Assembly (NCBI GenBank): GCA_964422035.1
Contig: CAYQZQ010000001.1
Coordinates: forward strand, 651,786-715,785
DNA: 64,000 nt
Source: an uncultured Pseudomonadales bacterium
GTDB taxonomy: Bacteria > Patescibacteriota > Microgenomatia > UBA1400 > Chazhemtobacteraceae
Reading direction: 5' to 3'
Shown here: positions 8,944 to 18,026 of the stretch, one piece after another
Layout of the letters: every line of letters begins with the position of its first letter
How positions within the stretch are numbered: position 1 is the first letter of the stretch
Translations under genes and position numbers: made by a program
Notes under the pieces: model-generated
What the model was told of the DNA's origin: nothing
The model's database searches: none
Seen by the model: the letters and a program-made list of their open reading frames with translations, nothing else

Positions 8944-9297
8944 TTAGTTAACGGTTTGTAATTGAGGGCTTAGGATGTAGGTGTAGCTGCCGAAAAGAAG
9001 TTTGCTGATTATGGCGGTGACGATAAAGACAGCTACCATGACAAGTAAACCAATGAGAGCATTGGTGATTTGTTGTTGGGCGGAGCGGACTTTGTCCTGA
9101 TCGCCAGCGGCGGTGATGATAGAGAAACCTCCTAAAAGCATTTGGATTAAAGCAAAGAGACCGGCGGCTACAAAGATAACTCTAATTAAAGTTGAGAGAA
9201 AGCTGCCAAGGTCGCTGGTTTCAGTAACGACTGAAGGAGGAGGGGTGAGTTTGCCGACAACATCTTTGGCATAAGTTTTTGAGATTAGACTTAACAT
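8944..9297 (-). CDS. VirB2/TrbC-like pilin paralog 6 (divergent loop AAGDQDKVRSAQQQITNALIGL)
   Basis: Same two-TM architecture. Confidence 0.6.
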   Translation of the reverse strand: MLSLISKTYAKDVVGKLTPPPSVVTETSDLGSFLSTLIRVIFVAAGLFALIQMLLGGFSIITAAGDQDKVRSAQQQITNALIGLLVMVAVFIVTAIISKLLFGSYTYILSPQLQTVN

Positions 9298-9298
9298 A

Positions 9299-9634
9299 TT
9301 AAAAGATTGGCAAACCGCCGACGTTAAATAATATTCGAGTTATCCAGAAAGCGATAACTGCCAGGGCTAGCCCTAGTAAGGAAAATAGTAACATATTAGA
9401 AGCTTTTTGTGTTTCTTTGGGGTTGCCCCCAGCGATTATGTAACGGAAACCGGCTATAAGAGAGGAGATGAAAGCAGCAAGACCGGCTACAATGGTGATG
9501 TTTTGAATAATGGGGCTTAAGATACTGGAAAAAGTTGGGTTACTACCTAAAGATTTGCTGGGAGTAAAGGCGTCACCTAGATCAGTGGCAGCGTAAACTA
9601 GCGGTGCGGTCAAAAGTTTGCCTGTGAGTTTCAT
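9299..9634 (-). CDS. VirB2/TrbC-like pilin paralog 7 (loop AGGNPKETQKASNML)
   Basis: Same two-TM architecture. It is the first gene of the minus-strand array. Confidence 0.6.
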   Translation of the reverse strand: MKLTGKLLTAPLVYAATDLGDAFTPSKSLGSNPTFSSILSPIIQNITIVAGLAAFISSLIAGFRYIIAGGNPKETQKASNMLLFSLLGLALAVIAFWITRILFNVGGLPIF

Positions 9635-9670
9635 GTAAACAAATTATAACAGGTAGGTATAATAAAGGCC

Positions 9671-10741
9671 ATGAAGGCTATAAATAAGCTACAGAATTTT
9701 AAGATAAGGTTTGACAAGATCTTGCAAGAAGAGATCTTGGAGTGGAGGAGAGAGGCGGTGAGGTTAGATGAGCGGTGGGAGCTATTTATGAAAGTACTGG
9801 AAGAGTTTGTAGTTAGGGGCGGGAAAAGGATAAGGCCGGCGTTTTTATACTATTCATATTTGGCTTGTGGAGGAGAAGAGGCGGAGAAAGCAATGAGAGC
9901 AGGGGTAAGTCTGGAGCTTTTGCATGCGTTTTTGTTGATTCACGATGATATGATAGATAATTCTGATTTAAGACGAGGGGGTCCGACTGTTCACAAGGTT
10001 TTTGAGGAGGAGCACAAGAAAATGTCTTTGGAAGGAAATAGTGAGGAGTTTGGTAGATCAACGGCAATGATTTTAGGAGACGTGGTGCAGATGCTAGCAA
10101 GAAAACAGTTGCGCAAGGTGGACTTGAGGGAAGATATGTATAGAGAAAGCGAGAAAATAATGGAAGATCTTTTATGGGAGACGGCGTATGGTTGGTATAT
10201 TGAGATGTTGAATGCAAAAACCAGAGTGATTGAAGAGAAAGATGTTAAAAGATCGATGGAGTATGTTTCAGCTAGATATACAGTGTCAGGGCCGGTGAAG
10301 ATGGGAGCGATGTTGGCAGAAGCTGAAGTAGGAAAAATTAAGGCACTGGAGGAGTATGGACTGAATTTGGGTTTGGCTTTTCAGATTCAGGATGATGTTT
10401 TGGGGATGTTTGGAGATGAAGCAAAGGTGGGCAAGCCGGTGGAAAGTGATTTGAAAGAGGGAAAAAAGACGCTTTTGATTTTAAGAACACTTGACAAGCT
10501 TGAAGATGAAGAAACTAAGAATAAGCTGATGAGTATATATGGAAACAGTGAGGCAACAAGGCAGGATTTGGTTTGGGTGAGAGATTTAATAAAGAGTGAA
10601 GGTGTTTTGGAGGAGGTAAAAGGGGAGGCAAGAGGGTTGGCTGAGAAAGCGAAAAAGGAGTTAAAAAGCTTAGATTGGGATGAGAAAGGAGAGGGGTTTC
10701 TATTGGGTATAGCTTCATATATAGTAGAAAGACAAGTATGA
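9671..10741 (+). CDS. trans-isoprenyl diphosphate (polyprenyl) synthase
   Basis: FARM motif LIHDDMIDNSDLRRG and SARM motif FQIQDDVLG...GK. Confidence 0.85.
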   Translation: MKAINKLQNFKIRFDKILQEEILEWRREAVRLDERWELFMKVLEEFVVRGGKRIRPAFLYYSYLACGGEEAEKAMRAGVSLELLHAFLLIHDDMIDNSDLRRGGPTVHKVFEEEHKKMSLEGNSEEFGRSTAMILGDVVQMLARKQLRKVDLREDMYRESEKIMEDLLWETAYGWYIEMLNAKTRVIEEKDVKRSMEYVSARYTVSGPVKMGAMLAEAEVGKIKALEEYGLNLGLAFQIQDDVLGMFGDEAKVGKPVESDLKEGKKTLLILRTLDKLEDEETKNKLMSIYGNSEATRQDLVWVRDLIKSEGVLEEVKGEARGLAEKAKKELKSLDWDEKGEGFLLGIASYIVERQV

Positions 10742-11247
10742 GAAAAGTTCAAGTAGTAAATAACCAAGGGGAGACGATTGGAGAAGAGGAGAAGCTGGCA
10801 GCACACAAGAAGGGTTTATTGCACAGAGCGTTTTCAGTCTTTGTTTTTAATAGTGATGGAGAGTTGATGTTACAACAAAGAGCCAGTGGTAAATATCACT
10901 CAGGAGGTTTGTGGAGTAATACATGTTGCTCTCATCCGGAGCCGGGAGAAGAAGTGTTGGAGGCGGCGCATAGGAGAATTCAAGAAGAGATGGGGTTTGA
11001 TTGTGAGATGGAAGAGAAGTTTACATTTCAATACAGAGTGGAGTTTGAGAATGGGTTAGTGGAAAATGAGTATGATCATGTGATTTTTGGAGAGTATGAT
11101 GGAGAACCTGATCCTAGTGAAGAAGAGGCAGATGATTGGAAGTGGGAGAGTTTGGAAAAAATTAGAGAGGAAGTGGAGGAGAAACCAGAGAAGTTTAGTT
11201 TTTGGTTTAAGGGTTTGTTATCTGAGGTTATTGAAAAGAGAAGTTAA
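10738..11247 (+). CDS. idi: isopentenyl-diphosphate delta-isomerase, type 1 (Nudix)
   Basis: LHRAFSVFVFN...WSNTCCSHP...GE...ENEYDHV matches recalled E. coli Idi active-site regions. Confidence 0.85.
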   Translation: MRKVQVVNNQGETIGEEEKLAAHKKGLLHRAFSVFVFNSDGELMLQQRASGKYHSGGLWSNTCCSHPEPGEEVLEAAHRRIQEEMGFDCEMEEKFTFQYRVEFENGLVENEYDHVIFGEYDGEPDPSEEEADDWKWESLEKIREEVEEKPEKFSFWFKGLLSEVIEKRS

Positions 11248-11963
11248 GAGGTTTTGTTTTTTGAGTCTCCTCCAAAACGGCGATCGCGTGAAGTGTAGCT
11301 TTGGAGAGCTTTGTTGAATTGGTTGGTGTCAAAGTCAGGGAAGAGAGTATCGGTAAAGTAGAGCTCTGAATAAACTGCTTGCCAGGGCAAGAAGCCGGAA
11401 AGGCGAACTTCACCTCCGGTGCGGATGATTAGGTCAGGGTCAGGCAGGTCAGCAGTATCAAGCATGGAGGAGAAAAGCTCTTCGGTGACTTCTTTGGCCT
11501 GGTAACCTTTTTTGATGATTTTTTTGACAGCTCGAAGTATTTCGTCACGGCCGCCGTAGTTTAGAGCAAAGGAAACAGTAATTTGATCATTGTCTTTGGA
11601 TTTTTGAATCAGTTTTTGAACTTTTTGGGCGATGTCTTGAGGGAAGCGGTCTACTTGACCAAGAACATTTAGTCTAGCACCTTTTTTAATGAATCTATCA
11701 GCTAAAGTTTTTAAGCCCTTGCGGAAGATTGAGAAAAGAGCCTGAATTTCATCCTTGTCTCTTTTCCAGTTTTCGGTTGAGAAAGCCCAGAAGGTGACGT
11801 AGGGGATATTAAGTTGGGCACAGCGCTCAATGATGGGTTCGATTACATTCATGGCAGCGTGGTCGTGACCTTCGACGGGTTCTTTGTCTTGGTTTTTAGC
11901 CCAGCGACGATTGCCGTCCATGATGATAGCAACGTGTTGAGGGGTTTTTAGGCTTTTTTCCAT
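11244..11963 (-). CDS. uppS: undecaprenyl-diphosphate synthase (cis-prenyltransferase)
   Basis: HVAIIMDGNRRWA motif, plus RTGGEVRLSGFLPWQ near the C-terminus. Confidence 0.85.
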   Translation of the reverse strand: MEKSLKTPQHVAIIMDGNRRWAKNQDKEPVEGHDHAAMNVIEPIIERCAQLNIPYVTFWAFSTENWKRDKDEIQALFSIFRKGLKTLADRFIKKGARLNVLGQVDRFPQDIAQKVQKLIQKSKDNDQITVSFALNYGGRDEILRAVKKIIKKGYQAKEVTEELFSSMLDTADLPDPDLIIRTGGEVRLSGFLPWQAVYSELYFTDTLFPDFDTNQFNKALQSYTSRDRRFGGDSKNKTS

Positions 11964-12023
11964 AGAACTGATTATAACAATTATGTGTTTGCGTTAATTA
12001 TGCGTTAATTATGCGGGAATTAT

Positions 12024-12353
12024 TTAAAATGGAAGAATTGAAGAATCGTAGTTTAGCATAGAAGTGATAATTTTAACAATTAAAAATGAGGCTAAGACAA
12101 TAACAAGTCCGATAAAACCATTTAGGAGGCGGGTGTTGGTTTTGCTGAGAGACTCCGGGTCATCGCCGCCGAATATGTAGCCAAAAGAAGTGATGATTAG
12201 ATTAATAAAGAAGATAAAAGCGATGATGAAGAAAGCAACATCTAAAAGGTTGAAGCCGCCGGAGGTGATTAATTGGGTAATAGTGGGGTTGTTGGAGGAG
12301 AACTTAGTAGCGGGGTTGTAGAGGTTTGATATGTCTACTTGAGCTAGTTGCAT
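12024..12353 (-). CDS. VirB2/TrbC-like pilin paralog 8 (loop GGDDPESLSKTNTRLLNGFIGL)
   Basis: Two TM segments plus a GGDDP loop, as in paralog 1. Confidence 0.55.
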   Translation of the reverse strand: MQLAQVDISNLYNPATKFSSNNPTITQLITSGGFNLLDVAFFIIAFIFFINLIITSFGYIFGGDDPESLSKTNTRLLNGFIGLVIVLASFLIVKIITSMLNYDSSILPF

Positions 12354-12357
12354 GGGT

Positions 12358-12903
12358 CTATTGTAAACCAGGTAGGCCTAGAATGTTAATACCGATTATA
12401 TTCATGAGTATAGTGGAGAAGATTATGAAAATGAGTCCGGCGATGGCGGAGGTGATAACCTCTTTGCCGGCGTTGACTTTGTCAGGAATGCCGCCGGAAG
12501 TGGTGATTAAAAATAAACCATAGACAATAAGAATTAAAGCGATGGCCCCACCGATGCCGATACCTAAGGTGAGAATGTTTTTGATAAAACCGTCTCCTTG
12601 TAGATTGGTGGGAATGCAGCCTAAGGCTGTGTTGATTCCTTGGTTACCATTACACTGAAGATTGTTGACATCAGAAGATCCTTTAAGGTTTTTGTTTTTT
12701 TGGTCTCTGGTGTTTTCGCAAGCTTCGAGTGAGGAGTAGACGGAGTCGCCGCTGTTGAGATTGGTTTCTTGGCAACTGCAGCCGTAACTAGTACAGTGAA
12801 GAATGTAGTTTTGGGAGCTCTGGGCTTTGGCAGGTAAAGAAGTGAGGAGAGAGAAGGATAGAAGAGCGGTAAAGATAATAATAATTTTAGTTTTCATAAG
12901 CAA
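12358..12903 (-). CDS. pilin-like protein with N-terminal Cys-rich secreted domain (paralog 9)
   Basis: Classic signal peptide, an ~90 aa domain with 8 Cys, then the TM-ITTSGGIPDKVNAGKEVITSAIAGL-TM module. Confidence 0.55.
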   Translation of the reverse strand: MLMKTKIIIIFTALLSFSLLTSLPAKAQSSQNYILHCTSYGCSCQETNLNSGDSVYSSLEACENTRDQKNKNLKGSSDVNNLQCNGNQGINTALGCIPTNLQGDGFIKNILTLGIGIGGAIALILIVYGLFLITTSGGIPDKVNAGKEVITSAIAGLIFIIFSTILMNIIGINILGLPGLQ

Positions 12904-12942
12904 TGGTTAAATTTTACCAGAGAAGTAGGTACAATATAAACC

Positions 12943-14727
12943 ATGAGGAAATATGTAAAGATTGGATTGTTGATAACAGTGATAGTAGGAGGGGTGGTAG
13001 TATTTGCGACTAATAATAGAATTAGAGCTGAGGAAAACTGTGAACAGTTTAAGGAAAACAGTGGAAATTATTATGAGTGTTTGGGAAAAGAGATTAGTGA
13101 TTTAGAAGAGAAGCTACAACTTTCTAAGGCAGCTACTGCTCCTTTGGAAGCAGAGATGAATAAATTAGAAAGCAGGATTGATTCGATTCAAGCTCAGATT
13201 AGGGCGGCAGAAACAAGGAGAGAAAAACTGGTGGAAGAGATAGAGGAAAGAGAAGATAATTTGGCGGTTCAGTATGTTTTGTTGCGTCAGAAGTTGCGAG
13301 AGTATTACAAAAGAATGAGATCTTCCTCAAGTATGGTGTTTTTATTATCAGAAGTTGGTTCAGGAGAGGTGAGTAGAGATTTAGGATATAGAGAAGTGGC
13401 AACAAAACAAGATAGGAAGTTAATTTTGTCGATCTCAGATGAAATTGTAGGGTTAGAAGAGGATAAAAAGCAGGTGGAGGAAAGTAAAAAGGAGTTGGCA
13501 GTGCTACAAAGTCGGCTGGATGAGCAAAAGGAATTTTTTGAAGGGGAGATAGCAGGAGCGAAGGCTTATCAGACAGATTTGGAGGGGCAAATTGCAGAAC
13601 TGACTTCGAAGCAGCAGCAGTTGTTAGCGGAAAAGTATGGAAGTTTAAATTTGCCAGAAAGTTTAGGGGCGGGAACGTTGTATTGTACAGATGATAGAAA
13701 TCTAAATCCGGGCTTTTCACCAGCTTTTGCTTTTTACACTTATGGAATTCCTCATAGGGTGGGGATGAGTCAATATGGGGCTTACGGGAGAGCTAGTTCA
13801 GGACAGAGTTATACACAGATTTTAGAAGCTTATTTTAGTGCGTCTCTTGAATGTAAAGATATGCCAAGTGAGATTTTGGTAGAAGGATATGGTGTTCGTA
13901 GTATGGATGATTATGTTAAGGGAGTGGTGAATAAAGAGATGGGAGCTGATTTAGTTGAAGCACTGAAAGCTCAGGCAGTGGCAGCTCGTTCTTATGCTTT
14001 GGCTTATACTAATAATGCTCAAAAATCGATTTGTGCAACTCAGAGTTGTCAGGTTTATTCTGATGCAAGAAGAGGGGTGGTTGACGGTGCAGTGGATGCG
14101 ACAGGTAAGAATGTGTGTGGAGATGGGCGGGCACAAGTTTTAACTTCTAATGGGCAGCCAGTGACTGCGTGGTATGCATCAACGGCAGGTGGTTATACGT
14201 TTTTTAATTCTGATGTGTGGGGTGGGTCAAGAAGACCTTGGACAAAGCGGGTGGTAGATGCTTCTGGTTCGGTGGGTAGTTTTAGTGATTTGCATAATAA
14301 AGCGTATGATAAAGATTCATCTTGTTTTTATGCAGCTCAAGGCTGGAGAAGTCAATATGATAATTCGGCTTGGCTTAAAAGTGAGGAGGTGGCAGATATT
14401 GTGAATGTGTTGATGCTGGCTAATAAGGATAGTTCAACGCAGGTGCACTTGCCACAGGTGGATAAGCCAAATCCGGATGGTAAAGAGACTTGGGATGCAG
14501 AAAGAGTAAAGTCAGAGTTAAGGTCCAAGGATGGCAATCCTTATAATTCTGTGTCTTCGGTTTCGGTGAGTGTTGATTTTGGTACAGGAAGAGTTACGAG
14601 CGTGACAGTGTCAGGAGATACAGGAACTAAGTCTTTTGATGGGAGTCGTTTTATAGATTACTTTAATTTGAGAGCGCCAGCTAATATTCAGATAGTGGGA
14701 CCGTTGTTTAATGTGGAAACTAAGTGA
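12943..14727 (+). CDS. SpoIID/LytB-domain protein with N-terminal coiled-coil
   Basis: GIPHRVGMSQYGAYGRA motif (SpoIID GVGMSQYGA). The N-terminus is heptad-rich. Confidence 0.7.
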   Translation: MRKYVKIGLLITVIVGGVVVFATNNRIRAEENCEQFKENSGNYYECLGKEISDLEEKLQLSKAATAPLEAEMNKLESRIDSIQAQIRAAETRREKLVEEIEEREDNLAVQYVLLRQKLREYYKRMRSSSSMVFLLSEVGSGEVSRDLGYREVATKQDRKLILSISDEIVGLEEDKKQVEESKKELAVLQSRLDEQKEFFEGEIAGAKAYQTDLEGQIAELTSKQQQLLAEKYGSLNLPESLGAGTLYCTDDRNLNPGFSPAFAFYTYGIPHRVGMSQYGAYGRASSGQSYTQILEAYFSASLECKDMPSEILVEGYGVRSMDDYVKGVVNKEMGADLVEALKAQAVAARSYALAYTNNAQKSICATQSCQVYSDARRGVVDGAVDATGKNVCGDGRAQVLTSNGQPVTAWYASTAGGYTFFNSDVWGGSRRPWTKRVVDASGSVGSFSDLHNKAYDKDSSCFYAAQGWRSQYDNSAWLKSEEVADIVNVLMLANKDSSTQVHLPQVDKPNPDGKETWDAERVKSELRSKDGNPYNSVSSVSVSVDFGTGRVTSVTVSGDTGTKSFDGSRFIDYFNLRAPANIQIVGPLFNVETK

Positions 14728-14759
14728 TAGAAAAATAGAGGATAGTGTAAAATTAAGGC

Positions 14760-15452
14760 ATGCCAGAGATATTTAATGCTGAAAAAAAGAAGACTGATAA
14801 GAAAAAAGAGAAGGTGAGTGTGAGAGAGGGTGTTAAAAAGGAAGAGAAAGGAGTAAGCAGTAGTGAAGTATATGAGAAATTAAAGAGTCAAAGTAGATCC
14901 GGAACTTGGAATGCGTTTGCAATTGCCCCTCAAAATGTGCGATTTGAGACTCAAGAGCCTGAAGAGGATGTGATTTTGATGTTGAGGCAACACCCGATTG
15001 TTAATGTGGGCTGGGTTCTGATAGCTATATTATTATTGTTAACACCTACGATGGGAGGGTTGTTGCCGTTTGATATTTTGCCGGTTAGATTTCAGGTGAT
15101 GACGGTGATAGGTTGGTATCTTTTGGTGACAGCTTTTATCTTTCATAAGTTTTTAGACTGGTATTTTAATGTTTACATTGTGACTGATGAGAGAATGGTA
15201 GATATTGATTTTTATGGCCTTGGATACCGAGATTTGACGGTGGCAAAATTAAAAAATATTGAAGATATTAATTTTACTCAAGCTGGTGGAATGGCGGCGA
15301 TGTTTAATTATGGAGATGTGTATGTGCAGACGGCGGGTGAGAAAAGAGAGTTTGATTTTGTGAGGGTGCCGGAGCCAGGGAAAGTGGTGGACATTATTTA
15401 CCAGCTTTTACAGGAGGAAGAGCTGGAAGAGCTGGAGGGAAGGTTAAGATAG
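14760..15452 (+). CDS. membrane protein with bacterial PH (bPH_2/YdbT-like) domain
   Basis: Two TM helices followed by YFNVYIVTDERMVDIDFYGL, typical of bPH. Confidence 0.5.
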   Translation: MPEIFNAEKKKTDKKKEKVSVREGVKKEEKGVSSSEVYEKLKSQSRSGTWNAFAIAPQNVRFETQEPEEDVILMLRQHPIVNVGWVLIAILLLLTPTMGGLLPFDILPVRFQVMTVIGWYLLVTAFIFHKFLDWYFNVYIVTDERMVDIDFYGLGYRDLTVAKLKNIEDINFTQAGGMAAMFNYGDVYVQTAGEKREFDFVRVPEPGKVVDIIYQLLQEEELEELEGRLR

Positions 15453-15471
15453 TTATAAATAAATTTTAAAA

Positions 15472-15687
15472 ATGAATTTTGATACAAACTTTATATGGCA
15501 GGTTTTAAAGTGGGGGTACGTGTTGGCGTTTGGGTTGTATTTTGTATTTGCAGTTATAGTTTATAGGCAGGTTGAGTTGATGAATAGGACACTGAATGGA
15601 TCGATGGAGTTGTCTTTTAAGATTGCGGCTTTGATTTTAGTGATAGTGTCGGGGGTAGTTTTGGTAATGTCGTTTTTGATTTTGTAA
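15472..15687 (+). CDS. small two-TM membrane protein
   Basis: ORF plus hydrophobicity only. Confidence 0.35.
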   Translation: MNFDTNFIWQVLKWGYVLAFGLYFVFAVIVYRQVELMNRTLNGSMELSFKIAALILVIVSGVVLVMSFLIL

Positions 15688-15731
15688 AAGAATTTTTCTT
15701 GGCGGCTTGATTTTATTGGTACACTGTACTT

Positions 15732-17576
15732 ATGAGACCGGATGGATTGAGCATTGAGCATTTTCAGTTAGTGGGAGCGGCTAGTGGTGAAAACTGGTCC
15801 CAGGTGAGAGTGGTGGTGCCCTTAAATAAGGAAGAGTTGAAGATGAGAGGGGTGTTGGCAGTGGTAGTGCGAGTGAAAAATGTTGAGGAGGCAGCTGGAG
15901 TAGGAGTCGAGATGTTACAAGATTTGGTAGAGAAGTTTCAGTCTGAGGCGGGGGTGGGTCGATGGGAGTGGGTAAGGCAAGCGGCTGCGTGGTTGGAAGA
16001 AGAGAGGGGAGAAGGCATAGTGGCGGTGATGGTGCCAGTTGATGGGAAAAGGGCGATGTATATTGCTGGGCGGGGTGATATGGTGGTTGAGTTACAAAGA
16101 GAAGGAAATAGTAAGTTGTTATGGGGGAGAGGACAAGATAAGGCTGTGTCGGGGTGGTTGCAAGAGGATGATGAGATAATGCTAGGGACGGATACTTTTT
16201 ATGATAAGGTGTGGAGTAATTTGGATATAGAAGTAGGAGAAGAAAGAATAGAAGAAGCTGGTACGAAAATTACCAGTTCAGAGAATGGAGCTTTAATGGC
16301 GGGATTGGTTCTTGAAGTGGGAGAGATGAGGGAGGAAAGTGAAGAGGTAGCTGGAGAGATAGAGGAAAGTAGAGAGCCAGAGAGAAAAGTTAAAAGAAAG
16401 TGGGCAGGTGAGGGTAAAAAAAAGAAGAGATCTTGGTTGAATCTGCGGAAAAGGAAAAGTTCTGCAGTGAAGCTTTTCCCAGCAAGTAAGGAGGAGTGGA
16501 GTTTGAGGATAGGGGTGGTGTTTTTGATTATTTTTGTAATTAGTGTGTCGTTGGGGGCCTGGCGGAAGAGTAAGCGGGAGAGGCTGGCTGAGTTTAAGGG
16601 GGTGGCGGAGCCGATTGAGTATAATTTGCAAGAGGCGCAAAAACTATTGGAGGTAAATCCAGTAAGGGCAAGAAGTTTAGTGGTTGAAGCTCAAAAATTA
16701 GTTGAGGAACAGGGAGATAGATTTGTGGAAGGAGGTCAGGAGAAAGAATGGGAGAATTTGGTGTCAGAGGTTGATAAAGTGTGGACTGAGGTGTCGGGAG
16801 AAAAAACTTTACAGGCTGATAAGTGGTTAGATTTGTCGGTGGTAAAAGAGGCGGTTGAGGTGAGAGAGATAGTGGTTGAGGAAGATAGTTTGTGGGTAAG
16901 AGATGGAGAAGATAGTCTGCTGGTGATTAATTTGGATGATAAAAGTAGCCAGGTTGTAGCAGGAGGTGAGGTGGCAGGAAAGGCTAGAGCGTTGGGGGTT
17001 TTGGGTGAGGCAGGATTGGTGGGCAAAGACAGTGGAGTGTGGCAGGTGGAAAAAAGTGGAGATGTGAGCCAGGCATTTGAGATAGAAGGAATAAATCTGG
17101 TTGATTTGGAGGGGTACGCGAATAACATATATGTTTTGGCAGATGAGGGTGTTTTTAAGTATCCGGGAATAGAAGAGGGGTTTGGTAAAAGGAGAAGATA
17201 CCTGGGAGCAGGTGAAGAGGTATCAGTAGGTCAGGTTTTGGAGATGGAGATTGATGGTGATATCTGGGTTTTAGGTGAAAAAGGAGAGGTGGAAAGGTTA
17301 AGCAGAGGCCAGAAAACAAACTTTTCTTTGGAGGGAATGGTGGGAGAGTGGCAGGAACCTAAGGGACTGATGGTTGATAAGGAAAGAGGCAGTGTTTGGG
17401 TATGGGATAAAGGAAGAGGGGAAGTGATAGAGTTTGGCAGAGAAGATGGTCAGTATAAACATGCATGGAAGGAGGAGAAGTTGAAAGATTTTGAAGTAGT
17501 GGAGTGGGATGGAGAGAGAAATAGGCTGATAGCAACTGAAGGAAGCCAGCTTTGGGTGATGGAGATAAAAGAGTAA
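15732..17576 (+). CDS. membrane protein: N-terminal PP2C-like phosphatase-like domain, single TM, C-terminal repeated Trp-containing (beta-propeller-like) exported domain
   Basis: MYIAGRGDMVVEL and DDEIMLGTDTFYDKV resemble the PPM motifs ANAGDSRAVL and LILASDGLWDV. TM segment VVFLIIFVISVSLGAW. Repeated LWV/VWV blades. Confidence 0.4.
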   Translation: MRPDGLSIEHFQLVGAASGENWSQVRVVVPLNKEELKMRGVLAVVVRVKNVEEAAGVGVEMLQDLVEKFQSEAGVGRWEWVRQAAAWLEEERGEGIVAVMVPVDGKRAMYIAGRGDMVVELQREGNSKLLWGRGQDKAVSGWLQEDDEIMLGTDTFYDKVWSNLDIEVGEERIEEAGTKITSSENGALMAGLVLEVGEMREESEEVAGEIEESREPERKVKRKWAGEGKKKKRSWLNLRKRKSSAVKLFPASKEEWSLRIGVVFLIIFVISVSLGAWRKSKRERLAEFKGVAEPIEYNLQEAQKLLEVNPVRARSLVVEAQKLVEEQGDRFVEGGQEKEWENLVSEVDKVWTEVSGEKTLQADKWLDLSVVKEAVEVREIVVEEDSLWVRDGEDSLLVINLDDKSSQVVAGGEVAGKARALGVLGEAGLVGKDSGVWQVEKSGDVSQAFEIEGINLVDLEGYANNIYVLADEGVFKYPGIEEGFGKRRRYLGAGEEVSVGQVLEMEIDGDIWVLGEKGEVERLSRGQKTNFSLEGMVGEWQEPKGLMVDKERGSVWVWDKGRGEVIEFGREDGQYKHAWKEEKLKDFEVVEWDGERNRLIATEGSQLWVMEIKE

Positions 17577-17585
17577 AATAAGGGT

Positions 17586-18026
17586 ATGACAGTTGTAAAT
17601 AGAAAAGCCAAGTATGAGTATGAAATTTTGGAAACCTGGGAAGCAGGGATAGTTTTGGATGGTTGGGAAGTGAAAAGTGCTAAAAAAGATCAGGTGTCTT
17701 TGTCTGGCTCAAGGGTGACGGTTCGAGATGGAGAGCTTTATGTAGTTGGAATGCAGATTAATCCGTATCAAAAACAGGTTGAAGAGCAAAAACCAGACAG
17801 GTCTAGAAAGCTTCTTTTATCAAAAAAAGAGATTGATAGTATTGTGGGTAATCTGAGTCGAAAAGGATTGACCGTGGTGCCTTTAAAGTGCTATAATAAG
17901 GGTGGATTGGTGAAGTTAGAGATAGGGTTGGTAAGGCGAAAAAAAGAATGGGAGAAGAGAAGGAAGATAAGGAAAAGAGAAGCAGAGAGAAAGGTCAAAA
18001 ACTTATTAAAAGTACATAAAAAGTGA
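17586..18026 (+). CDS. smpB: SsrA-binding protein
   Basis: KAKYEYEILETWEAGIVLDGWEVKS matches SmpB. The tmRNA lies immediately downstream. Confidence 0.85.
   Translation: MTVVNRKAKYEYEILETWEAGIVLDGWEVKSAKKDQVSLSGSRVTVRDGELYVVGMQINPYQKQVEEQKPDRSRKLLLSKKEIDSIVGNLSRKGLTVVPLKCYNKGGLVKLEIGLVRRKKEWEKRRKIRKREAERKVKNLLKVHKK

Noticed and set aside
9813-10806. Minus-strand ORFs 9813..10217, 10387..10806 and 10515..10718
   Set aside because: They are antisense to the well-supported polyprenyl synthase gene and are Pro/Ser/Leu low-complexity.
13199-14537. Minus-strand ORFs inside the SpoIID-like gene
   Set aside because: Antisense shadows, with no motifs.
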